Positions 7,766-17,284 of a DNA stretch of 31,507 nucleotides are shown piece after piece. The stretch's first letter is position 1; each line of letters opens with the position of its first letter. The notes under the pieces are model-generated. The model was not told the origin of the DNA. It searched no databases and was given only the letters and a program-made list of their open reading frames with translations. The stretch comes from a candidate division WOR-3 bacterium. GTDB taxonomy: Bacteria > Hydrothermota > Tepidihabitantia > Tepidihabitantales > JAOUPE01. The stretch is taken from assembly GCA_039801565.1 (NCBI GenBank), contig JBDRUX010000016.1, forward strand, positions 1 through 31,507, read 5' to 3'. A program made the translations under genes and the position numbers.

Positions 7766-9703
7766 ATGAAAATTGGACAGATTTTAGGTAATTCGAAATT
7801 TGGCGGCGGGGTTTGGGTTGTTCTCTGGTTAGCAAAAGCCTTGCGGCAAAAAGGTAATGAAGTTTTAATCTTTGCCTCGAACCCAACGGTCGTTGCTAAA
7901 TTCGAAAGCGAAGGATTCAAGGTTTATCGTTCCCGATATTTTTGCCGTGAGATATCACCATTTAAAGATTTGTTAGCGCTTTTTGAGCTTATCTTTTATT
8001 TGCGAAGGTTAAGGTTAGATGTAGTGCATACTCATACTTCTAAGGCGGGCTTTTTGGGTCGAATTGCAGCAAGGCTTGCTGGGGTGAAGTGTATCATCCA
8101 TACTGTTCACGGATTTGCTTTTCACGAATTTTCTCATCCCTTAATAATTTGGTTTTATAGCGGATTAGAACGAATTGCCGCTTGGTTTTGTGACCGTATT
8201 ATTGTGATAAATCAAAAGGATTACAACGGGACATTGCAACGGAAAATTGCTAATCCACGAAAGGTCCGATTGGTTTATAATGGTATTGATACGGCGGCAG
8301 TCAGGGCAATTGAACCAAAATCTAATCTTCGTCAGGAATTGGGATTGAAACCGGATACGATTCTTTTAAGTTTTACCGGACGACTTTGTCGACAGAAGAA
8401 TCTAAATTTATTAATCGAGACCCTGCCATTGTTGCCCAATAATTTTGTCCTTTTACTAATTGGTGGTGATTTAAATTTAGAGAAGGAATTGCGACAACGG
8501 GTTAATCAATTGGGTTTATCGAATCGGGTTTTATTTTTAGGTTTTCGTTCAGATGTGATTTCTTTAATCAAAGCGACGGATATCTTTATTTTGCCATCGC
8601 TCTGGGAAGGACTTTCGATTTCACTTTTAGAAGCAATGGCGGCTGGTTTACCGGTTATTGCCTCCGATATCAAGGGCAACAATGAAATAATTCAAGATGG
8701 TAAGAATGGTTTGCTTTTTAATCCGCTCGACCGTACTGACTTAGCCAGAAAGATTCTTACTTTAGTTGACTCGGAAAATAAAATTAATACTTTTGCTCGG
8801 CAACTGGCCGAAAATGGTCAGCGAACCGTCCAACTTCGTTTTAGTCAAAATAAATTCTTAAACGACACCCTAAAGATTTACGAAGACTTGGTTAAAGCAA
8901 AAGGTTTACTTGCCAAGATGTTAGCGCAACGACAAGATTTTCCAGATTATTCTATAAGAAAATCGAGTAGAAATTTCGGGTTGAATTTGCGGTATAATGC
9001 TTGTATCCAGTCTGGGGTACTTGGCCAAGTCGTTTCAACAAAAATCTGGTTGGGGGAAGCGAAGCGGATTTTTGACCTTATCTTGGCACTGCCGCTTTTC
9101 ATTATTGTTTTACCGTTATGTTTACTCATTGGGTTGGCAATAAAAATCACTTCGCCAGGGCCGGTTATTTTCCGACAGGTTCGATTGGGTCGTGGTGGCA
9201 AGCCTTTTACCATTTTCAAATTTCGCACTATGCACTATCCTTGTTCGGATTTACGCAATCCGGACGGTTCAACTTATAATTCGCCTGATGACCCAAGGTT
9301 GACTAAGATTGGTAAATTCTTAAGGATGACTAGTTTTGATGAACTGCCAGAACTTTGGAATGTAATAAGAGGCGAGATGAGCATAGTTGGACCGCGGCCG
9401 GATTTGATTGACCAGCTTCGGTATTACTCGGAAGCCGATTTGCAGCGTTTAATTGTCACCCCGGGAATAACTGGATTGGCTCAAATCAATGGCCGGAATT
9501 CAATTTTATGGCAGGAAAGGAAAAAGTTGGACTTAAAATATATCGCAATGTTCACCGCGCGTCCACGACCACCGCTATGGTTTATTGACCTTCTAATTAT
9601 CTTAAAAACCTTACCGGTTGTCATACGGCAAAAAGGCATATTTACTAATTTCTATCCAAGTTCGAGTAACAAAATATTAGCATCTCATCGCAATGACCGA
9701 TAA
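7766..9703 (+). CDS. Fusion of GT4 glycosyltransferase (N-term) and monotopic phosphoglycosyl transferase (PglC/WcaJ-type, C-term)
   Basis: GT4 motifs HTHTSKAG, HTVHGF, VYNGID and PSLWEGLSISLLEAMAAGLPV; PGT motifs KRIFDL, FKFRTM, SFDELPELWNVIRGEMSIVGPRP and PGITGLAQINGR. Single uninterrupted frame; start is ATG 7766 or TTG 7733. Confidence 0.88.
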   Translation: MKIGQILGNSKFGGGVWVVLWLAKALRQKGNEVLIFASNPTVVAKFESEGFKVYRSRYFCREISPFKDLLALFELIFYLRRLRLDVVHTHTSKAGFLGRIAARLAGVKCIIHTVHGFAFHEFSHPLIIWFYSGLERIAAWFCDRIIVINQKDYNGTLQRKIANPRKVRLVYNGIDTAAVRAIEPKSNLRQELGLKPDTILLSFTGRLCRQKNLNLLIETLPLLPNNFVLLLIGGDLNLEKELRQRVNQLGLSNRVLFLGFRSDVISLIKATDIFILPSLWEGLSISLLEAMAAGLPVIASDIKGNNEIIQDGKNGLLFNPLDRTDLARKILTLVDSENKINTFARQLAENGQRTVQLRFSQNKFLNDTLKIYEDLVKAKGLLAKMLAQRQDFPDYSIRKSSRNFGLNLRYNACIQSGVLGQVVSTKIWLGEAKRIFDLILALPLFIIVLPLCLLIGLAIKITSPGPVIFRQVRLGRGGKPFTIFKFRTMHYPCSDLRNPDGSTYNSPDDPRLTKIGKFLRMTSFDELPELWNVIRGEMSIVGPRPDLIDQLRYYSEADLQRLIVTPGITGLAQINGRNSILWQERKKLDLKYIAMFTARPRPPLWFIDLLIILKTLPVVIRQKGIFTNFYPSSSNKILASHRNDR

Positions 9704-10721
9704 CACTTTTGTCCTTTTGCAATCAGTTGATTCGGGTCTTGCCCAAACAACATCGGTTCGCCAATTAAACCGTCTCTTAGCCGACTATCCCTATTATCCT
9801 TACTACTGGCTTGGTTCACTGGCTCCTAATCTAAAACCCAACTTGGAAGTGTTGGCCGATTATCTGAAATCCCAGATTCAGAATTATATGAAGAATAATG
9901 CGGTGGTTATCAATCATCGGCTTGGTTTGGCGGTTGCAGTAAAAGATGAATGGGATAGCCAACACTTTAACTGCTTAGTATTCAAGATACCTTATCTAAT
10001 TGCGGCTTTTAACCAACCCCAAAATGTTCAAGAAACGATTAAGGCTTCACTTATAGAAAAAATCTTAAAGGCGTTAATAGCCCAATCACCGGTTTATGTC
10101 TTCACTCGGCTACCAGATGCCGATGTGACCAGTATTCGAAGTTTACAAAGATTGGGTTTTACGATGATTGATTCCTTAATCACATTTGCCCAAATTTTGC
10201 CTAACTCTTTTGGTTCAGCTGATTCCTTTGACACTGTTTCTCTTATTGAGACAATTGAAAGCAATTTGGAGTTGCCACCGGAATTGCTGGTGATTGCCCG
10301 CGATGCCTTTCGATACGACCGATTTCACACTGACCCAATTATTGCAGAATTGGTTGGTAGTGGTCTAAATAATCTTTATGCTGATTGGATAGTGAATGGT
10401 TGGCGGGAAAATCGCATCTTACTTGCTCTTGGTCCCAATCGGACAATTACCGGTTTTCTAATCTATCGGATTGAAACCATTTCCTATTTTGCCCAAAAAA
10501 TTGCGACCATTGAGCTCATTGCTACGCATCCGGATTATCGGAACCGTGGGATTGGCAAACGATTAGTCACAAAAGCGCTTGACCTCTTTGTGGCTAAGGG
10601 CGCAAGAATTGCCAGCGTTGGCACTCAGGCCCAAAATTTTCCTGCTATTCGGCTTTATCAATCCTGTGGCTTTAAGATTATAACTTCATTCGTTTCGTTT
10701 CGTAAATGGTTAATAAGTTAG
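9693..10721 (+). CDS. GNAT acetyltransferase, WecD/RffC (TDP-4-amino-4,6-dideoxyhexose N-acetyltransferase)-like
   Basis: Motifs EWDSQHF, AFRYDRFHTDP, LYADWI, YRNRGIGK and VGTQAQNFPAIRLYQSCGF. Confidence 0.75.
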   Translation: MTDNTFVLLQSVDSGLAQTTSVRQLNRLLADYPYYPYYWLGSLAPNLKPNLEVLADYLKSQIQNYMKNNAVVINHRLGLAVAVKDEWDSQHFNCLVFKIPYLIAAFNQPQNVQETIKASLIEKILKALIAQSPVYVFTRLPDADVTSIRSLQRLGFTMIDSLITFAQILPNSFGSADSFDTVSLIETIESNLELPPELLVIARDAFRYDRFHTDPIIAELVGSGLNNLYADWIVNGWRENRILLALGPNRTITGFLIYRIETISYFAQKIATIELIATHPDYRNRGIGKRLVTKALDLFVAKGARIASVGTQAQNFPAIRLYQSCGFKIITSFVSFRKWLIS

Positions 10722-10725
10722 AATT

Positions 10726-11916
10726 ATGATAATTGAGTCCTTAACCGGTAAATTACGAGTTCGACAGAACTTTCTACCATTTGCCTTACCGTCAATTGGC
10801 GACGAAGAGATTAATGAAGTGATTGCTACTTTAAAATCGGGTTGGCTGACCACCGGACCTAAAACTAAACTCTTTGAGAAAGAATTTGCTTCTTATATTG
10901 GCGTTCGAAATGCGCTAGCAGTTAACTCCTGTACCGCTGGTCTTCATTTAGCGCTGCTTGCTTGCGGAATTAAACCTGGTGACGAAGTAATTTTACCAAC
11001 GATGACTTTTGCGGCGACAGCTAATGTTGTAATCCATTGTGGTGCTAAACCAGTCTTAGCTGATGTTGGCGATGACCTAAACATCAAAATTTCGGAAATC
11101 GAAAGGTTAATTACGCCCAAGACCAGAGCCATAATACCAGTTCATTTTGCTGGCCAACCTTGTGCAATGGCAGAAATCACGGCACTGGCTAAAAAGCATA
11201 ACCTTGTTGTCATTGAAGATTCGGCTCACGCCGTTGGTGCCACTTATCGAGGCAAAAAAATTGGTACCATCTCACCAGTAACAGTGTTTAGTTTCTATCC
11301 AACTAAGAATATGACAACTGGCGAAGGTGGAATGGTTTGCACCGAAGATGATGAGTTAGCCGAAAAGATTAGAATTTTAAGTCTCCATGGAATAAGCAAA
11401 GATGCTTGGAAACGCTATCGTAAAGAAGGCTCTTGGTATTATCAAATTCTCTATCCTGGTTTTAAATATAATATGACCGATATCCAAGCGGCGATTGGGC
11501 TTTGTCAACTTAAAAAACTCGATTCTTTTTTGGCCCAAAGAAAACATTATGCCCAAATCTATACCGATGCTTTTCGTTTTGTATCAGAAATCATTTTGCC
11601 CCCGGTTGCCAGTCACTCTACGCATAGTTGGCATCTTTATGTAATTTTATTAAAACTCGAATCGCTCCGTATCAATCGTGACCAATTCATTCAGGCATTA
11701 AATTACGAAAACATTGGGGCGAGTGTCCATTTCATACCGATTCATCTTCACCCTTATTATCAGAAGGCTTTTGGCTATCGGATCGGTGATTTTCCTAATG
11801 CGGAATGGCTTTATCAACGGATTGTTTCACTTCCATTATATCCTAAGATGACGCGAAAAGACATTAATGATACTATAACAGCGGTAATTAAGATCATTCG
11901 GCGCTATCGTTTATAA
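10726..11916 (+). CDS. DegT/DnrJ/EryC1/StrS PLP-dependent nucleotide-sugar aminotransferase
   Basis: Motifs SGWLTTGP, NSCTAGLHL, VIEDSAHA, FSFYPTKNMTTGEGG (PLP lysine) and GFKYNMTD. Confidence 0.95.
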   Translation: MIIESLTGKLRVRQNFLPFALPSIGDEEINEVIATLKSGWLTTGPKTKLFEKEFASYIGVRNALAVNSCTAGLHLALLACGIKPGDEVILPTMTFAATANVVIHCGAKPVLADVGDDLNIKISEIERLITPKTRAIIPVHFAGQPCAMAEITALAKKHNLVVIEDSAHAVGATYRGKKIGTISPVTVFSFYPTKNMTTGEGGMVCTEDDELAEKIRILSLHGISKDAWKRYRKEGSWYYQILYPGFKYNMTDIQAAIGLCQLKKLDSFLAQRKHYAQIYTDAFRFVSEIILPPVASHSTHSWHLYVILLKLESLRINRDQFIQALNYENIGASVHFIPIHLHPYYQKAFGYRIGDFPNAEWLYQRIVSLPLYPKMTRKDINDTITAVIKIIRRYRL

Positions 11917-11923
11917 AATGGGG

Positions 11924-11950
11924 GTTGAACTCTTGAACCGTTTTGAACCG
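11924..11950 (+). repeat. Intergenic TTGAAC tandem repeat (9-bp family)
   Basis: GTTGAACT-CTTGAACCG-TTTTGAACCG. Confidence 0.6.
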
Positions 11951-11988
11951 ATCTCGGTTTTTAGGTTTTTTCCTCAAAACCAAAGGAG

Positions 11989-13113
11989 ATGAATTTGGCT
12001 CAAACTATATTAGTCACTGGTGGGGCTGGTTATATTGGCTCGGTTCTAATCCCAAAACTCCTCCAGCTCGGTTATAATGTCCGCGTCATAGACTTGTTAC
12101 TCTACGGTAAGCCCTATAACTGGCCCGAATCGAAGATTGAATTCATTTACGGTGACTTTCGAGAAGTTGACCGAGTTATTGAAGCGGTCAATGGTGTCAC
12201 CGCGGTCATTCATCTTGGTGCAATTGTTGGCGACCCAGCCTGTCAACTCAATCCCATAATCACGATTGAAACCAATCTCATTGCTACGCGTCAAATTGCT
12301 CAAGTTGCCAAAACTCTCGGTGTAAAACGATTCATCTTTGCTTCCACTTGCAGTGTTTACGGCTATTCCCAACAACAATTAACTGAACAGAGCCCATTAA
12401 ACCCGGTCTCGCTTTATGCCCGTACTAAAATTGCAGCGGAAAAAGTCCTTTTAACAATGGAAGATGAATTTTTTACCCCGGTTATTCTCCGTTTTGCTAC
12501 CATTTACGGTAACTCCTTCCGTCCTCGTTTCGATTTAGTTGTCAACCTACTCGCCGCGATGGCGGAGGTTGAGGGTAAAATAACAATCCACGGTGGCAAC
12601 CAATGGCGTCCATTTGTTCACGTCAGTGATGTCTGTAATGCGATTATCAAAGTCCTGCAAGCCCCCAAAGAAGTTGTAAGTGGCGAAATCTTTAATGTTG
12701 GCGCCACCACTGAGAACTATCAGATTAGCAATATTGGACAGACTATCAAGCAGGTCTTGCCTAACACAAAAATAATTCAATCTTCAAATATTACCGACCA
12801 GCGTAACTACTTGGTTCGTTTTGATAAAATCGAAAAGTCTTTGGGCTTCCAAAATACCAAAACTGTCCGTGACGGTATTGAAGAGATTACTCAAGCGATT
12901 CGGTTGGGCTGGATTAAGGATTACCAAGCACCGGAATTCAATAATCACCAGTTTTTGCAAAAAACCTTAAATTCGTCTCTGGGACAAGTCAGTCCAATTA
13001 CCACCAGTGTTTGGTATGAAATTAGTGAGTTGGGCGAACCAATTCTTGAACCATTTGAGTCTTTTAAACCTGTTTTTAAGTCTCCAATTCCTAATCAAAG
13101 GAGGCAAAGTTGA
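11989..13113 (+). CDS. NAD-dependent nucleotide-sugar epimerase/dehydratase (extended SDR)
   Basis: Motifs TGGAGYIG, HLGAIVGDP, FASTCSVYG, catalytic YARTK (YxxxK), RFDLVVN and QWRPFVHV. Confidence 0.93.
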   Translation: MNLAQTILVTGGAGYIGSVLIPKLLQLGYNVRVIDLLLYGKPYNWPESKIEFIYGDFREVDRVIEAVNGVTAVIHLGAIVGDPACQLNPIITIETNLIATRQIAQVAKTLGVKRFIFASTCSVYGYSQQQLTEQSPLNPVSLYARTKIAAEKVLLTMEDEFFTPVILRFATIYGNSFRPRFDLVVNLLAAMAEVEGKITIHGGNQWRPFVHVSDVCNAIIKVLQAPKEVVSGEIFNVGATTENYQISNIGQTIKQVLPNTKIIQSSNITDQRNYLVRFDKIEKSLGFQNTKTVRDGIEEITQAIRLGWIKDYQAPEFNNHQFLQKTLNSSLGQVSPITTSVWYEISELGEPILEPFESFKPVFKSPIPNQRRQS

Positions 13114-13589
13114 TTAAAACAGTCTTCAATCTCACCAAAATTAGAATTTTTAGGCAAGTTTTTGGTTTTTGGTTTTTAGTTTTTTGTCTAACAACTTCCA
13201 ACTATCCACAAACTTGTCTAGGCGCTGAACTCAGTTTTATCAATTCTTCCGGTGCCAAAGCTTATATTTGGGGCGAAGTGAAATCACCCGGTGCTTATCT
13301 TCTATCTGGTGCCACTTCAGTTATTGAATTAATCTCTCTGGCTGGTGGACCAACACCCAAAGCCGATTTGAGCAATGTCTATCTAATTCGGACGATAACT
13401 CCCCTTCGGCAACGAATCAATTTAAAAAAATCTTTAAATAGCGGCGAAGTTATTTTACTCCAAGCTGGCGATATCGTTCTAATTCCGCAAAGTTTTTCTT
13501 CTAAACTAAAAGACAATTTGCCGTTAATCACCACGCTGGCAGTATTTACTAACCTGATTATTACAATAATTCAAACCCAAAAGAAGTGA
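13110..13589 (+). CDS. Short SLBB (beta-grasp) domain protein, Wza/polysaccharide-export-like
   Basis: YIWGEVKSPGAY, ELISLAGGPTPKADLSNV and LQAGDIVLIP, then a C-terminal amphipathic/hydrophobic helix; immediately upstream of wzc. Confidence 0.8.
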   Translation: MIKTVFNLTKIRIFRQVFGFWFLVFCLTTSNYPQTCLGAELSFINSSGAKAYIWGEVKSPGAYLLSGATSVIELISLAGGPTPKADLSNVYLIRTITPLRQRINLKKSLNSGEVILLQAGDIVLIPQSFSSKLKDNLPLITTLAVFTNLIITIIQTQKK

Positions 13590-13595
13590 GGGGAA

Positions 13596-15968
13596 ATGAC
13601 TAATCCATTGCCAACCGAAAATAAATTCTGGAGTCGACATCATCCCAAAGTTACTCTACTTGATTCGTCGAATTTCCAACCTATTGCCACAAACTTCCGA
13701 CAAATAATAGCCCAACATAAAAAAGTCGTCATTGTTGTCTTTTTGGTCACTTGTTCCCTTATTACCTATCTAACAATTACCGCCCAGCCACGCTATCTTG
13801 CAACTTCCACAATTATCGTTGAATCCAATTCTAATTCGTTCTCAATTGCTGACCAAACAGTTTCACCTTTAAGCCGGTTCACCATAAAAAACCGAATTAC
13901 TAACTCTCTTGAGATTCTTAAAAGCGCTGCTTTAGCGGAAAAAGTTCTCACCACCCATCCGGAAATTTTAAAATTATTAAAGGCAAAACTAAAAGTTTCG
14001 AATTTCGAACCGGTTACTGCATTAATTGCTGGCTTACGCGTTCGCAATCTGAAAGATTCGGACATCATTCAAATTCAATACGAAGCGACAAGTCCGACTT
14101 TGGCGCAAGCCGTTGCCAATGCTTATGCCACCACTTACCAACAATACGAATTCGAACAGACCAAAAGTAATGTTACTCAGGTTCGCCAATTTATTCAAAC
14201 CCAACTTGAACTTGCCAACCGGCGTCTCGATTCAACGGAAATTGCTCTTGAGACATTCAAACGCCAGCACAACCTTATCGCATTGCCTACTCAAACTGAA
14301 ACCAAAATAAGGGAACTCTCCAATCTCGAAATTCAACTCGCCCAAATCAAAACCCAGCGCTATGCTATAGCAGAAAAAATTAACTATCTAAAAGACATTG
14401 CTACGGCTAACCAACAAATTTTAGCTGAAAAACTTACTGACATCACCTTACCGGTTCTCACTAATCTTCAAAATAATCTGATCCAACTTGAACTGGAACA
14501 TTCTAATTTGTTATCCCAAGGTTACGACCAATCCCACCCAATAATTCGAAACCTTCAAAACAAAATCAACCACACCCAGAAATTAATCCAGCAATTCGCT
14601 GGCCGCTCGAACCTTTTGAACAACTCGAACCAATTAAATAACTTAAGTTCTCACTACAACCCACTTGAATCTTTTGAGCAACTTGAACTCTCTTCGTCTG
14701 CTCAAATCGGCGCCAATCTCCCATTTCTCGCTTTAGAATCTTTACAAACAATCCAACTTGAGCTCGAAATAAAACTCCAGGAATTGAAAGCCCAAGAAAA
14801 TTTCTTAAACAACACCATTTCCCAATTGCGTACAACCGAACTAACTAAATTACCACTCCTTGAACGTCAATTAGCTCAACTCACTCGTTCGGTTGAGGTA
14901 AACCGGGAAATTTACTCAATCTTGCGGCAACGCTATGAAGAAGCAAAAATCGCCGAAGCCGGCAAAATTGCTCAAGTCCGAATTGTTGACTTAGCAACAA
15001 AAGCTGGCAAAGTAAAACCCAATATACCCTTAAATATTATCTTAGGTTTAATCTTAGCTTCCTTATTAGCCTTTGGCACTGCCTATGCTTTAGAATATTT
15101 CGACACCACAATAAAAAGCATTGAAGAAGTTGAAAAAATCTTACCGGTTGTATTAGGCAATATTCCTAAAATTCAATTCTCAAAACATACTGACGAAACC
15201 AAATTCTTCAGTCAACGTTTACTGCTCAACCAAACCGAACTCGAACCGCAATCAGCGGAATCATTTCGCATCTTAAGGACCGCTTTGCTATACTCATTTT
15301 CAGCAATTGACGAAGGCGTTTCCCTTGAATCTCTAAAAAATACTGGTAAAATCATCATCGTCACATCGCCTAATCCCGGTGAAGGTAAATCAACTATTGC
15401 GGTAAACTTAGCAGTTGTATTAGCCCAAGCCGGTAACAAAACTTTATTAATTGATGCTGATTTACGCCGACCTATTCTCCATTATGTCTTCGGTCGGCAC
15501 AGACGACCAGGTTTAACCGATGCGATTATCAACTCACTGGAAACCCAAACAATTTACCCTACAAAAGTTCCTAACCTTTTCTTCTTAGCCTCGGGTACAA
15601 CTCCACCCAGTCCAGCTGACATCTTAAACTCTCCCAAAGCTGCTAAACTCTTGGCTCAACTGAAACAAACTTACGACTTCATTATTATTGATACACCACC
15701 GGTCTTAGTTGCTGCCGACACTGCGATTCTTGTTAGTCGATGCGACGGCGTTATCTTAACCATCCGTGCCAATCGAACGACCTACGAAGCACTGCTCCAT
15801 AGTCAAAAAATCTTACAAGCCACTGGTACAAAATTCATTGGCGGCGTGGTCAATTGTTTAACAACGCCAAATCGTCATCGGTATTACTATTATTATCGCT
15901 CAAAAACCGAAACCGGATTTCGTTCAACAATTAAAACTGAACCATCTTTACAGCGAATTAATTCCTAA
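13596..15968 (+). CDS. wzc: Polysaccharide co-polymerase / BY tyrosine kinase (Wzc/GumC-like)
   Basis: Two transmembrane helices flanking a coiled coil; AESFRILRT, Walker A SPNPGEGKST, A' LIDADLRRP, Walker B IIIDTPP; C-terminal Tyr cluster RYYYYY. Confidence 0.92.
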   Translation: MTNPLPTENKFWSRHHPKVTLLDSSNFQPIATNFRQIIAQHKKVVIVVFLVTCSLITYLTITAQPRYLATSTIIVESNSNSFSIADQTVSPLSRFTIKNRITNSLEILKSAALAEKVLTTHPEILKLLKAKLKVSNFEPVTALIAGLRVRNLKDSDIIQIQYEATSPTLAQAVANAYATTYQQYEFEQTKSNVTQVRQFIQTQLELANRRLDSTEIALETFKRQHNLIALPTQTETKIRELSNLEIQLAQIKTQRYAIAEKINYLKDIATANQQILAEKLTDITLPVLTNLQNNLIQLELEHSNLLSQGYDQSHPIIRNLQNKINHTQKLIQQFAGRSNLLNNSNQLNNLSSHYNPLESFEQLELSSSAQIGANLPFLALESLQTIQLELEIKLQELKAQENFLNNTISQLRTTELTKLPLLERQLAQLTRSVEVNREIYSILRQRYEEAKIAEAGKIAQVRIVDLATKAGKVKPNIPLNIILGLILASLLAFGTAYALEYFDTTIKSIEEVEKILPVVLGNIPKIQFSKHTDETKFFSQRLLLNQTELEPQSAESFRILRTALLYSFSAIDEGVSLESLKNTGKIIIVTSPNPGEGKSTIAVNLAVVLAQAGNKTLLIDADLRRPILHYVFGRHRRPGLTDAIINSLETQTIYPTKVPNLFFLASGTTPPSPADILNSPKAAKLLAQLKQTYDFIIIDTPPVLVAADTAILVSRCDGVILTIRANRTTYEALLHSQKILQATGTKFIGGVVNCLTTPNRHRYYYYYRSKTETGFRSTIKTEPSLQRINS

Positions 15969-17279
15969 ATGCTAAAAAACACACGCCACACAAACTCAAA
16001 AACAGCGATTCCTCAAGATGTGCGAATTTATCGAGGCACGATTAATCTTTTCACCCAAGCAATTTTTGATAATATCCCAATTGCGATAATCGCTTTCAAT
16101 CAAAAAGGCACTATTATTGCTCGTAACAAATTTTACAACCAATTCACACTTAACTACAATATTAACGAAGTGCAAGATATCTTTACACATCCGATAATAA
16201 AAGAAAATCACCTAACTCAAAAAATCCAAACCTTACTCCAAGGCAAACCATTCGAAACGGTTATTCCAAAATGTACTCTTCATAAAAGAATTGTTACGCT
16301 TCACCTTTTAGGAATTCCTTTGCCCCCGGGCACAGGGGGGATGTTATTGATTGAAAATTACAACGAACAATCCTCAAAAACATCACAACTTGAACCCCTT
16401 AAGCCATTTGAGTTTTTTAAGCATTTGTCTCAATCGCCTGCCGGATCGGTTCGGCTCGAACCTCAATCAAAAAGTGACAATGATTTACCCAAAAAGGTTG
16501 ATGCTACTTTTAAACTCAATACAATCGAGCAATTAATACAAGAATTCACTAATGAACTTAACTGGGGATTAACAACGATTCGGAACTCGATTCGGATTTT
16601 AGCGCTTGAGACCACTTTGAAAACTTCTGATGGATTTGGGCAGATTGATGATACGATTCCAATCTCGAGAAACCCGTTTATCTCTAAAGAGCCAGCGGGC
16701 AATGGCAAATTACGACGCCATTTAACTATAATTCAGCAAGAACTTGATGCCGCGAATCAACTTTTAAAGAATTTGAATCAGTTTATCAATATTACTCTAC
16801 CGGAAAGGATGAAGGTTGCGGTTCGGGAAATCGTTGATGACGCCTTGTCCGGTCTAAGTCTTCCTCCCACGATTAAAGTCATCTTTGATTTTCCTAAAAT
16901 TTTACCTTGCCTTTATGTTGACCGCTATCAAATCCGAATCGCAATCGAGCGTATCCTTACCCATTCGATTTACAGTATGCTCACCGGCGGCAAATTAATT
17001 TTTTCAGCCAGGCACGATGATTTCAACTCTTTTCTCATTTTAACGATTAGTGATACTGGTATTGGTATTTCTCGATTTCCTTCTAATCTTGGACCAAATC
17101 CGATAAGAGTACCCAAGGTGCTTCGGCCGATATTCCTACCTAAAATGCGGGATATTCAGTTAGGGTTAATTATCGCTCGCTATTTGATTGCAATTAATAA
17201 AGGCGAAATTGAGCACAAGGTAATTCCAGGTATTGGTACAACCTGGACTTTAAAACTTCCAGCAGAATCAATAGGTTAA
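15969..17279 (+). CDS. PAS + degenerate histidine kinase (pseudokinase)
   Basis: PAS-like N-terminus (IFDNIPIAIIAFNQKG). The H-box position reads FTNELNWGL (no His); the N-box is altered (ERILTHSIYSM); G1 ISDTGIGI is kept; G2 is degenerate (IQLGL); ends GIGTTWTLKLP. Confidence 0.7.
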   Translation: MLKNTRHTNSKTAIPQDVRIYRGTINLFTQAIFDNIPIAIIAFNQKGTIIARNKFYNQFTLNYNINEVQDIFTHPIIKENHLTQKIQTLLQGKPFETVIPKCTLHKRIVTLHLLGIPLPPGTGGMLLIENYNEQSSKTSQLEPLKPFEFFKHLSQSPAGSVRLEPQSKSDNDLPKKVDATFKLNTIEQLIQEFTNELNWGLTTIRNSIRILALETTLKTSDGFGQIDDTIPISRNPFISKEPAGNGKLRRHLTIIQQELDAANQLLKNLNQFINITLPERMKVAVREIVDDALSGLSLPPTIKVIFDFPKILPCLYVDRYQIRIAIERILTHSIYSMLTGGKLIFSARHDDFNSFLILTISDTGIGISRFPSNLGPNPIRVPKVLRPIFLPKMRDIQLGLIIARYLIAINKGEIEHKVIPGIGTTWTLKLPAESIG

Positions 17280-17284
17280 AAGAG

